Positions 10,241-21,829 of a stretch of DNA of 64,000 bases are shown piece by piece; position 1 is the first letter of the stretch; the number at the start of each line of letters is the position of its first letter. The DNA lies in NCBI GenBank assembly GCA_964016885.1, contig OZ024743.1, forward strand, positions 143,096,001 through 143,160,000, given 5' to 3'. A program made the position numbers and the translations under genes. The notes under the pieces were generated by a model. That model saw nothing but the letters and a program-made list of their open reading frames with translations. It made no database searches and was not told the origin of the DNA. This stretch comes from Eledone cirrhosa (taxonomy: Eukaryota).

Positions 10241-13200
10241 TGTTTTGTGCTTGGTGCTTGGTGATTAGTGTTTGGTGCTTGGTGCTTGGGGTTTGCTGTT
10301 TGGTGCTTGGTGCTTGGTGTTTGGTGCTTGGTGCTTGGTGTTTGGTGTTTGGTGTTTGGTGCTTGGTGTCTGGTGTTTGGTGTCTGGTGTTTGGTGCTTG
10401 GTGCTTGGTGTTTGGGTTTTGGTGCTTGGTTCTTGGTGTTTGGTGTTTGGTGCTTGGTGTTTGGTGTTTGGTGCTTGGTGTTTGGTGCTGGGTGCTTGGT
10501 GCTTGGTGTTTAGTGCTGGGTGCTTGGTGTTTGGTGCTTGGTGCTTGGTGCTTGGTGCTTGGTGTTTGGTGTTTGGTGTTTGATGCTTGTTGTTTGATGC
10601 TTGTTGCTTGGTGCTTGTTGTTTTGTGTTTGGTGTTTGGTGCTTGGTGTATGTACTTGGTGCTTGGTGCTTGGTGTTTGGTGTTGGTTCTTGGTGTTTGG
10701 TGATTGGTGCTTGGTGCTTGGTGTTTGGTGCTTGGTGCTTGGTGTTTGGTACTTGGTGCTTGGTGTTTGGTGTTTGGGGCTTGGTGTTTGGGGCTTGGTG
10801 CTTGGTGCTTGGTGTTAAGTGTTTGGTGCTTGGTGCTTGGTGTTTGGTGCTTCGTGCTTGGTGCTTGGTGTTTGGTGCATGGTGCTTGGTGTTTGGTGCT
10901 TGGTGCCTGGTGCTTGGTGTTTGATGTTTGGTCCTTGGTGCTTGGTGTTTGGTGCTTGGTGCTTGGTGTTTGGTGTTTGTGCTTGGTGTTTGGTGTTTGG
11001 TGCTAGGTGCTTGGTGCTTGGTGCTTGGTGTTTGGTGCTTGGTGCTTGGTGTTTGGTGTTTGGTGCTTGGTGCTTGGTGCTTGGTGTTTGGTGCTTGGTG
11101 CTTGGTGTTTGGTACTTGGTGCTTGGTGTTTGGTGCTTGGTGCTTGGTGTTTGGTGCTTGGTGCTTGGTGCTAAGTGTTTGGTGCTTGGTGCTTGGTGTT
11201 TGGTGCTTCGTGCTTGGTGCTTGGTGTTTGGTGCATGGTGCTTGGTGTTTGGTGCTTGGTACCTGGTCCTTGGTGTTTGGTTCTTGGTGTTTGGTGCTTG
11301 GTGTTTGGTGCTTGGTGTTCGGTGCTTTGTGCTTGGTGCTTGGTGCTTGGTGTTTGATGTTTGGTCCTTGGTGCTTGGTGTTTGGTGTTTTGTGCTTGGT
11401 GCTTGGTGCTTGGTGTTTGGTGCTTGGTGCTTGGTGCTTGGTGTTTGGCGTTTGCTGTTTGCTGTTTGCTGTTTGATGTTTGCTGTTTGGTGTTTGCTGT
11501 TTGGTGTTTGGTGCTTGGTGCTTGGTGTTTGGTGTTTGGTGCTTGGTGCTTGGTGCTGGGTGTTTGGTGCTTGGTGCTTGGTGTTTGGTGCTTGGTGCTT
11601 GGTGTCTGGTCCTTGGTGCTTGGTGCTTGGTCTTTGGTGCTTGGGGTTTGGTGTTTGGTGCTTGGTGCTTGGTGTTTGGTGCTTGGTGCTTGGTGCTTGG
11701 TGCTTGGTGTTTGGTGCTTGCTGCTTGGTGATTAGTGTTTGGTGATTGGTGCTTGGGGTTTGGTGTTTGGTGCTTGGTGTTTGGTGCTTGGTGCTTGCTG
11801 TTTGGTGTTTGGTGTTTGGTTCTTGGTGCTTGGTGTTTGGTGTTTGGTGGTTGGTGCTTGGTGCTTGGTGTTTGGTGCTTGGTGCTTGGTGCTTGGTGTT
11901 TGGTGCTGCGTGTTTGCTGTTTGGTGTTTGGTGCTTGGTGCTTGGTGTTTGGTGTTTGGTGCTTGGTGCTTGGTGCTGGGTGTTTGGTGCTTGGTGCTTG
12001 GTGTTTGGTGCTTGGTGCTTGGTGTCTGGTCCTTGGTGCTTGGTGCTTGGTCTTTGGTGCTTGGGGTTTGGTGTTTGGTGCTTGGTGCTTGGTGTTTGGT
12101 GCTTGGTGCTTGGTGCTTGGTGCTTGGTGTTTGGTGCTTGCTGCTTGGTGATTAGTGTTTGGTGATTGGTGCTTGGTGTTTGGTGTTTGGTGCTTGGTGT
12201 TTGGTGCTTGGTGCTTGCTGTTTGGTGTTTGGTGTTTGGTTCTTGGTGCTTGGTGTTTAGTGTTTGGTGGTTGGTGCTTGGTGCTTGGTGTTTGGTTCTT
12301 GGTGCTTGGTGCTTGGTGTTTGGTGCTTGGTGCTTGGTGCTTGGTGTTTGGTGCTGCGTGCTTGGTGTTTGGTGTTTGGTGCTTGGTGCCTGGTGCTTGT
12401 TGTTTGGTGTTTGGTGCTTAGTGATTGGTGTTTGGTGTTTGGTGCTTGGTGCCTGGTGCTTGTTGTTTGGTGTTTGGAGCTTGGTGCTTGGTGTTTGGTG
12501 TTTGGTGCTTGGTGCTTGGTATCTGGTGTTTGGTGCTTGGTGTTTGGTGTTTGGTGCTTGGTGCTTGGTGCTTGGTGTTTGGTGTTTGGTTCTTGGTGCT
12601 TGGTGTTTGGTGCTTGGTGTTTGGTGTTTGGTGTTTGATGCTTGGTGTTTGGTGTTTGGTGCTTGGTGCCTGGTGCTTGTTGTTTGGTGTTTGGTGCTTG
12701 GTGCTTGGTGTTTTGTGTTTGGTGCTTGGTGCTTGGTGCCTGGTGCTTGGTGCTTGGTGCTTGTTGTTTGGTGGTTGGTGCATGGTGATTAGTGTTTGGT
12801 GCTTGGTGCTTGCTGTTTGGTGTTTGGTGCTTGGGGTTTGGTGTTTGGTGCTTGGTGCTTGGTGTTTGGTGCTTGGTGCTTGGTGCTTGGTGTTTGGTGC
12901 TTGTTGCTTTGTGTTTGGTGCTTGTTGCTTTGTGTTTGGTGCTTGGTGCTTGGTGCTTGGTGCTTGGTGTTAGGTGTTTGGTGCTTGGTGCTTGGTGTTT
13001 GATGTTTGGTCCTTGGTGCTTGGTGTTTGGTGTTTGGTGCTTGGTGCTTGGTGTTTGGTATTTGGTGCTTGCTGCTTGGTGCTTGGTGTTTTGTGTTTGG
13101 AGTTTGGTGCTTGGTGTTTGGTGCTTCAGTCTTGGTGATTGGTGTTTGGTGCTTGGTGCTTGGTGTTTGGTGCTTGGTGCCTGGTTCTTGGTATTTGGTG

Positions 13201-16200
13201 CTTGGTGCTTGGTGTTTGGTGATTGGTGCTTGGTGTTTGGTGCTTGGTGCTTGGTGCTTGGTGTTTGATGTTTGGTGCTTGGTGCTTGGTGTTTGGTGTT
13301 TGGTGCTTGGTGCTTGGTGTTTGGTGTTTGGTGCTTGCTGCTTGCTGCTTGGTGTTTGGTGCTCTGTGATTGTGGCTTGGTGTTTTGTGCTTGGTGCTTG
13401 GTGTTTGGTGTTTGGTGCTAGGGGCTTGGTGCTTGGTGCTTGGTGTTTGGTGCTTGGTGCTTGCTGTTTGGTGTTTGGTGCTTGGTGCGTGGGACTTTGT
13501 GTTTGGTGTTTGGTGCATGGTGTTTGGTGCTTGGTGTTTGGGGCTTGGTGTTCGGTGCTTGGTGCTTGGTGCTTGGTGCTTGGTGCTTGGTGTTTGGTGT
13601 TTGGTGCTTGGTGCTTGGTGTTTGATGTTGGGTCCTTGGTGCTTGGTGTTTGGTGTTTGGTGCTTGGTGTTTGGTGTTTGGTGCTTGCTGCTTGCTGCTT
13701 GGTGCTGGGTGGTTGGTGTTTGGTGCTTGGTGCTTGGTGTTTGGTGCTTGGTGCTTGGTGTTTGGTGTTTGGTGCTTGCTGCTTGGGGCCTGGTGTTTGT
13801 TGCTTGGTGCTTGGTGCTTGGTGTTTGGTGTTTGGTGTTTGGTGCTTGGTGTTTGATGCTTGGTGCTTGGTGCTGGGTGGTTGGTGTTTGGTGCTTGGTG
13901 CTTGGTGTTTGGTGCTTGGTGCTTGGTGCTTGTTGTTTGGTTCTTGGTGCTTGGTGCTTGGTCTTTGGTGCTTGGTGTTTGGTGCTTGGTGCTTGGTGTT
14001 TGGTGCTTGGTGCTTGGTGATTAGTGTTTGTTGCTTGGTGCTTGGGGTTTGGTGGTTGGTGCTTGGTGTTTGGTGTTTGGTGTTTGGTGCTTGCTGTTTG
14101 GTGTCTGCTTTTTTGTGTTTGGTGTTTGGTGTATGGTGTTTGCTGTTTCGTATTTGGTTTTTGCTGTTTGGTGTTTGGTGATTGCTGATTGGTGTTTGGT
14201 GTTTGGTGTTTGGTGCTTGGTGCTTGGTGCTTGGTGTTTGGCGTTTGTTGCTTGGTGCTTGGTGTTTTGTGCTTGGTGCTTGGTTTTTGGTGCTTGGTGT
14301 CTGGTGTTTGGTGCTTGGTGTTTGGTGCTTGGTGCTTGGTGCTTGGTGTTTGGTGTTTGGTGGTTGGTGCTTGGTGTTTGGTGTTTGGTGCTTGGTGGTT
14401 GTTGTTTGGTGCTTGGTGTTTGGTTCTTGGTTCTTGGTGTTTGGTGTTTGGCGTTTGGTGTTTGGTGCTTGTTGCTTGGTGTTTGGTGTTGGTGCTTGGT
14501 GTTTGGTGCCTGGTGCTTGGTCTTTGGTGTTTGGTGCTTGGTGTTTGGTGTTTGGTGCTTGGTGTTTGGTGCTGGGTGCTTGGTGCTTGGTGTTTAGTGC
14601 TGGGTGCTTGGTGTTTGGTGCTTGGTGTTTGGTGCTTGGTGCTTGGTGTTTGGTGTTTGATGCTTGGTGTTAGATGCTTGTTGCTTGGTGCTTGTTGTTT
14701 TGTGTTTGGTGTTTGGTGCTTGGTGTATGTACTTGGTGCTTGGTGCTTGGTGTTTGGTGTTGGTTCTTGGTGGTTGGTGATTGGTGCTTGGTGCTTGGTG
14801 TTTGGTGCTTGGTGCTTGGTGTTTGGTACTTGGTGCTTTGTGTTTCGTGCTTGGTGTTTCGTGCTTGGTGCTTGGTGCCTGGTGTTAAGTGTTTGGTGCT
14901 TGGTGCTTGGTGTTTGGTGCTTGCAGCTTGCTGCTTGGTGTTTGGTGCTTGGTGATTGGTGCTTGGTGTTTGGTGCTTGGTGTTTGGTGCTTGTTGTTCG
15001 GTGCTTGGTGCTTGGTGCTTTGTGCTTGGTGTTAGGTGTTTGGTGCTTGGTGCTTGGTGTTTGATATTTGGTCCTTGGTGCTTGGTGTTTGGTGCTTGGT
15101 GCTTGGTGTTTGGTGTTTGGTGCTTGCTGCTTGCTGCTTGGTGTTTGGTGCTTGGTGATTGGTGCTTGGTGTTTGGTGCTTGGTGCTTGGTGTTTGGTGT
15201 TTGGTGCTAGGTGCTTGGTGCTTGGTGCTTGGTGCTTGGTGCTTGGTGTTTGGTGCTTGGTGATTGGGGCATGGTGTTTGGTGCTTGGTGCTTGGTGCTT
15301 AGTGTTTGGTGCTTGGTGTTTGGTGTTTGGTGTTTGGTGTTTGGTGTTTGGTGCTAGGTGCTTGGTGTTTGGTGCTTGGTGTTTGGTGCTTGGTGCTTTG
15401 TGTTTGGTGTTTGGTGCTTGGTGCTTGGGGCTTGGTGTTTGGTGCTTGGTGCTTGGTTCTTGGTGTTTGGTGTTTGGTGCTTGGTACTTGGTATCTGGTG
15501 TTTGGTGCTTGGTATTTGGTGTTTGGTGTTTGGTGCTTGGTGCTTCGTGTTTGCTGCTTGGTATTTGGTGTTTGGTGTTTGATGCTTGGTGCTTGCTGCT
15601 TGGTGTTTTGTGTTTGGTGCTTGGTGCTTGGTGCCTGGTGCTTGGTGCTTGGTGCTTGTTGATTGGTGCTTGGTGATCAGTGTTTGGTGCTTGGTGCTTG
15701 CGGTTTGGTGTTTGGTGCTTGGGGTTTGTTGTTCGGTGCTTGGTGCTAGGTGTTTTCTGCTTGGTGCTTGGTGCTTGGTGTTTGGTGCTTGGTGCTTGGT
15801 GTTTGGTGCTTGGTGCTTGGTGTTTGGTGCTTGGTGTTTGGTGCTTGGTGCTTGGTGCTTGGTGGTTTGTGCTTGGTGTTAGGTGTTTGGTGCTTGGTGC
15901 TTGGTGTTTGATGTTTGGTCCTTGGTGCTTGGTGTTTGGTGTTTGGTGCTTGGTGCTTGGTGTTTGGTGTTTGGTGCTTGCTGCTTGGTGCTTGGTGTTT
16001 GGTGCTTGGTGATTGTGGCTTGGTGTTTTGTGCTTGGTGCTTGGTGATTAGTGTTTGGTGCTTGGTGCTTGGGGTTTGCTGTTTGGTGCTTGGTGCTTGG
16101 TGTTTGGTGCTTGGTGCTTGGTGTTTGGTGTTTGGTGTTTGGTGCTTGGTGTCTGGTGTTTGGTGTCTGGTGTTTGGTGCTTGGTGCTTGGTGTTTGGGT

Positions 16201-19200
16201 TTTGGTGCTTGGTTCTTGGTGTTTGGTGTTTGGTGCTTGGTGTTTGGTGTTTGGTGCTTGGTGTTTGGTGCTGGGTGCTTGGTGCTTGGTGTTTAGTGCT
16301 GGGTGCTTGGTGTTTGGTGCTTGGTGCTTGGTGCTTGGTGCTTGGTGTTTGGTGTTTGGTGTTTGATGCTTGTTGTTTGATGCTTGTTGCTTGGTGCTTG
16401 TTGTTTTGTGTTTGGTGTTTGGTGCTTGGTGTATGTACTTGGTGCTTGGTGCTTGGTGTTTGGTGTTGGTTCTTGGTGTTTGGTGATTGGTGCTTGGTGC
16501 TTGGTGTTTGGTGCTTGGTGCTTGGTGTTTGGTACTTGGTGCTTGGTGTTTGGTGTTTGGGGCTTGGTGTTTGGGGCTTGGTGCTTGGTGCTTGGTGTTA
16601 AGTGTTTGGTGCTTGGTGCTTGGTGTTTGGTGCTTCGTGCTTGGTGCTTGGTGTTTGGTGCATGGTGCTTGGTGTTTGGTGCTTGGTGCCTGGTGCTTGG
16701 TGTTTGATGTTTGGTCCTTGGTGCTTGGTGTTTGGTGCTTGGTGCTTGGTGTTTGGTGTTTGTGCTTGGTGTTTGGTGTTTGGTGCTAGGTGCTTGGTGC
16801 TTGGTGCTTGGTGTTTGGTGCTTGGTGCTTGGTGTTTGGTGTTTGGTGCTTGGTGCTTGGTGCTTGGTGTTTGGTGCTTGGTGCTTGGTGTTTGGTACTT
16901 GGTGCTTGGTGTTTGGTGCTTGGTGCTTGGTGTTTGGTGCTTGGTGCTTGGTGCTAAGTGTTTGGTGCTTGGTGCTTGGTGTTTGGTGCTTCGTGCTTGG
17001 TGCTTGGTGTTTGGTGCATGGTGCTTGGTGTTTGGTGCTTGGTACCTGGTCCTTGGTGTTTGGTTCTTGGTGTTTGGTGCTTGGTGTTTGGTGCTTGGTG
17101 TTCGGTGCTTTGTGCTTGGTGCTTGGTGCTTGGTGTTTGATGTTTGGTCCTTGGTGCTTGGTGTTTGGTGTTTTGTGCTTGGTGCTTGGTGCTTGGTGTT
17201 TGGTGCTTGGTGCTTGGTGCTTGGTGTTTGGCGTTTGCTGTTTGCTGTTTGCTGTTTGATGTTTGCTGTTTGGTGTTTGCTGTTTGGTGTTTGGTGCTTG
17301 GTGCTTGGTGTTTGGTGTTTGGTGCTTGGTGCTTGGTGCTGGGTGTTTGGTGCTTGGTGCTTGGTGTTTGGTGCTTGGTGCTTGGTGTCTGGTCCTTGGT
17401 GCTTGGTGCTTGGTCTTTGGTGCTTGGGGTTTGGTGTTTGGTGCTTGGTGCTTGGTGTTTGGTGCTTGGTGCTTGGTGCTTGGTGCTTGGTGTTTGGTGC
17501 TTGCTGCTTGGTGATTAGTGTTTGGTGATTGGTGCTTGGGGTTTGGTGTTTGGTGCTTGGTGTTTGGTGCTTGGTGCTTGCTGTTTGGTGTTTGGTGTTT
17601 GGTTCTTGGTGCTTGGTGTTTGGTGTTTGGTGGTTGGTGCTTGGTGCTTGGTGTTTGGTGCTTGGTGCTTGGTGCTTGGTGTTTGGTGCTGCGTGTTTGC
17701 TGTTTGGTGTTTGGTGCTTGGTGCTTGGTGTTTGGTGTTTGGTGCTTGGTGCTTGGTGCTGGGTGTTTGGTGCTTGGTGCTTGGTGTTTGGTGCTTGGTG
17801 CTTGGTGTCTGGTCCTTGGTGCTTGGTGCTTGGTCTTTGGTGCTTGGGGTTTGGTGTTTGGTGCTTGGTGCTTGGTGTTTGGTGCTTGGTGCTTGGTGCT
17901 TGGTGCTTGGTGTTTGGTGCTTGCTGCTTGGTGATTAGTGTTTGGTGATTGGTGCTTGGTGTTTGGTGTTTGGTGCTTGGTGTTTGGTGCTTGGTGCTTG
18001 CTGTTTGGTGTTTGGTGTTTGGTTCTTGGTGCTTGGTGTTTAGTGTTTGGTGGTTGGTGCTTGGTGCTTGGTGTTTAGTTCTTGGTGCTTGGTGCTTGGT
18101 GTTTGGTGCTTGGTGCTTGGTGCTTGGTGTTTGGTGCTGCGTGCTTGGTGTTTGGTGTTTGGTGCTTGGTGCCTGGTGCTTGTTGTTTGGTGTTTGGTGC
18201 TTAGTGATTGGTGTTTGGTGTTTGGTGATTGGTGCCTGGTGCTTGTTGTTTGGTGTTTGGAGCTTGGTGCTTGGTGTTTGGTGTTTGGTGCTTGGTGCTT
18301 GGTATCTGGTGTTTGGTGCTTGGTGTTTGGTGTTTGGTGCTTGGTGCTTGGTGCTTGGTGTTTGGTGTTTGGTTCTTGGTGCTTGGTGTTTGGTGCTTGG
18401 TGTTTGGTGTTTGGTGTTTGATGCTTGGTGTTTGGTGTTTGGTGCTTGGTGCCTGGTGCTTGTTGTTTGGTGTTTGGTGCTTGGTGCTTGGTGTTTTGTG
18501 TTTGGTGCTTGGTGCTTGGTGCCTGGTGCTTGGTGCTTGGTGCTTGTTGTTTGGTGGTTGGTGCATGGTGATTAGTGTTTGGTGCTTGGTGCTTGCTGTT
18601 TGGTGTTTGGTGCTTGGGGTTTGGTGTTTGGTGCTTGGTGCTTGGTGTTTGGTGCTTGGTGCTTGGTGCTTGGTGTTTGGTGCTTGTTGCTTTGTGTTTG
18701 GTGCTTGTTGCTTTGTGTTTGGTGCTTGGTGCTTGGTGCTTGGTGCTTGGTGTTAGGTGTTTGGTGCTTGGTGCTTGGTGTTTGATGTTTGGTCCTTGGT
18801 GCTTGGTGTTTGGTGTTTGGTGCTTGGTGCTTGGTGTTTGGTATTTGGTGCTTGCTGCTTGGTGCTTGGTGTTTTGTGTTTGGAGTTTGGTGCTTGGTGT
18901 TTGGTGCTTCAGTCTTGGTGATTGGTGTTTGGTGCTTGGTGCTTGGTGTTTGGTGCTTGGTGCCTGGTTCTTGGTATTTGGTGCTTGGTGCTTGGTGTTT
19001 GGTGATTGGTGCTTGGTGTTTGGTGCTTGGTGCTTGGTGCTTGGTGTTTGATGTTTGGTGCTTGGTGCTTGGTGTTTGGTGTTTGGTGCTTGGTGCTTGG
19101 TGTTTGGTGTTTGGTGCTTGCTGCTTGCTGCTTGGTGTTTGGTGCTCTGTGATTGTGGCTTGGTGTTTTGTGCTTGGTGCTTGGTGTTTGGTGTTTGGTG

Positions 19201-21829
19201 CTAGGGGCTTGGTGCTTGGTGCTTGGTGTTTGGTGCTTGGTGCTTGCTGTTTGGTGTTTGGTGCTTGGTGCGTGGGACTTTGTGTTTGGTGTTTGGTGCA
19301 TGGTGTTTGGTGCTTGGTGTTTGGGGCTTGGTGTTCGGTGCTTGGTGCTTGGTGCTTGGTGCTTGGTGCTTGGTGTTTGGTGTTTGGTGCTTGGTGCTTG
19401 GTGTTTGATGTTGGGTCCTTGGTGCTTGGTGTTTGGTGTTTGGTGCTTGGTGTTTGGTGTTTGGTGCTTGCTGCTTGCTGCTTGGTGCTGGGTGGTTGGT
19501 GTTTGGTGCTTGGTGCTTGGTGTTTGGTGCTTGGTGCTTGGTGTTTGGTGTTTGGTGCTTGCTGCTTGGGGCCTGGTGTTTGTTGCTTGGTGCTTGGTGC
19601 TTGGTGTTTGGTGTTTGGTGTTTGGTGCTTGGTGTTTGATGCTTGGTGCTTGGTGCTGGGTGGTTGGTGTTTGGTGCTTGGTGCTTGGTGTTTGGTGCTT
19701 GGTGCTTGGTGCTTGTTGTTTGGTTCTTGGTGCTTGGTGCTTGGTCTTTGGTGCTTGGTGTTTGGTGCTTGGTGCTTGGTGTTTGGTGCTTGGTGCTTGG
19801 TGATTAGTGTTTGTTGCTTGGTGCTTGGGGTTTGGTGGTTGGTGCTTGGTGTTTGGTGTTTGGTGTTTGGTGCTTGCTGTTTGGTGTCTGCTTTTTTGTG
19901 TTTGGTGTTTGGTGTATGGTGTTTGCTGTTTCGTATTTGGTTTTTGCTGTTTGGTGTTTGGTGATTGCTGATTGGTGTTTGGTGTTTGGTGTTTGGTGCT
20001 TGGTGCTTGGTGCTTGGTGTTTGGCGTTTGTTGCTTGGTGCTTGGTGTTTTGTGCTTGGTGCTTGGTTTTTGGTGCTTGGTGTCTGGTGTTTGGTGCTTG
20101 GTGTTTGGTGCTTGGTGCTTGGTGCTTGGTGTTTGGTGTTTGGTGGTTGGTGCTTGGTGTTTGGTGTTTGGTGCTTGGTGGTTGTTGTTTGGTGCTTGGT
20201 GTTTGGTTCTTGGTTCTTGGTGTTTGGTGTTTGGCGTTTGGTGTTTGGTGCTTGTTGCTTGGTGTTTGGTGTTGGTGCTTGGTGTTTGGTGCCTGGTGCT
20301 TGGTCTTTGGTGTTTGGTGCTTGGTGTTTGGTGTTTGGTGCTTGGTGTTTGGTGCTGGGTGCTTGGTGCTTGGTGTTTAGTGCTGGGTGCTTGGTGTTTG
20401 GTGCTTGGTGTTTGGTGCTTGGTGCTTGGTGTTTGGTGTTTGATGCTTGGTGTTAGATGCTTGTTGCTTGGTGCTTGTTGTTTTGTGTTTGGTGTTTGGT
20501 GCTTGGTGTATGTACTTGGTGCTTGGTGCTTGGTGTTTGGTGTTGGTTCTTGGTGGTTGGTGATTGGTGCTTGGTGCTTGGTGTTTGGTGCTTGGTGCTT
20601 GGTGTTTGGTACTTGGTGCTTTGTGTTTCGTGCTTGGTGTTTCGTGCTTGGTGCTTGGTGCCTGGTGTTAAGTGTTTGGTGCTTGGTGCTTGGTGTTTGG
20701 TGCTTGCAGCTTGCTGCTTGGTGTTTGGTGCTTGGTGATTGGTGCTTGGTGTTTGGTGCTTGGTGTTTGGTGCTTGTTGTTCGGTGCTTGGTGCTTGGTG
20801 CTTTGTGCTTGGTGTTAGGTGTTTGGTGCTTGGTGCTTGGTGTTTGATATTTGGTCCTTGGTGCTTGGTGTTTGGTGCTTGGTGCTTGGTGTTTGGTGTT
20901 TGGTGCTTGCTGCTTGCTGCTTGGTGTTTGGTGCTTGGTGATTGGTGCTTGGTGTTTGGTGCTTGGTGCTTGGTGTTTGGTGTTTGGTGCTAGGTGCTTG
21001 GTGCTTGGTGCTTGGTGCTTGGTGCTTGGTGTTTGGTGCTTGGTGATTGGGGCATGGTGTTTGGTGCTTGGTGCTTGGTGCTTAGTGTTTGGTGCTTGGT
21101 GTTTGGTGTTTGGTGTTTGGTGTTTGGTGTTTGGTGCTAGGTGCTTGGTGTTTGGTGCTTGGTGTTTGGTGCTTGGTGCTTTGTGTTTGGTGTTTGGTGC
21201 TTGGTGCTTGGGGCTTGGTGTTTGGTGCTTGGTGCTTGGTTTTTGGTGTTTGGTGTTTGGTGCTTGGTACTTGGTATCTGGTGTTTGGTGCTTGGTATTT
21301 GGTGTTTGGTGTTTGGTGCTTGGTGCTTCGTGTTTGCTGCTTGGTATTTGGTGTTTGGTGTTTGATGCTTGGTGCTTGCTGCTTGGTGTTTTGTGTTTGG
21401 TGCTTGGTGCTTGGTGCCTGGTGCTTGGTGCTTGGTGCTTGTTGATTGGTGCTTGGTGATCAGTGTTTGGTGCTTGGTGCTTGCGGTTTGGTGTTTGGTG
21501 CTTGGGGTTTGTTGTTCGGTGCTTGGTGCTAGGTGTTTTCTGCTTGGTGCTTGGTGCTTGGTGTTTGGTGCTTGGTGCTTGGTGTTTGGTGCTTGGTGCT
21601 TGGTGTTTGGTGCTTGGTGTTTGGTGCTTGGTGCTTGGTGCTTGGTGGTTTGTGCTTGGTGTTAGGTGTTTGGTGCTTGGTGCTTGGTGTTTGATGTTTG
21701 GTCCTTGGTGCTTGGTGTTTGGTGTTTGGTGCTTGGTGCTTGGTGTTTGGTGTTTGGTGCTTGCTGCTTGGTGCTTGGTGTTTGGTGCTTGGTGATTGTG
21801 GCTTGGTGTTTTGTGCTTGGTGCTTGGTG
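10241..21829. repeat. Near-perfect tandem duplication, period 5783 bp (10241-16046 and 16024-21829)
   Basis: Constant ORF offset of 5783 (10268/16051, 10819/16602, 12418/18201, 13006/18789, 14189/19972, 15586/21369). Confidence 0.94.
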
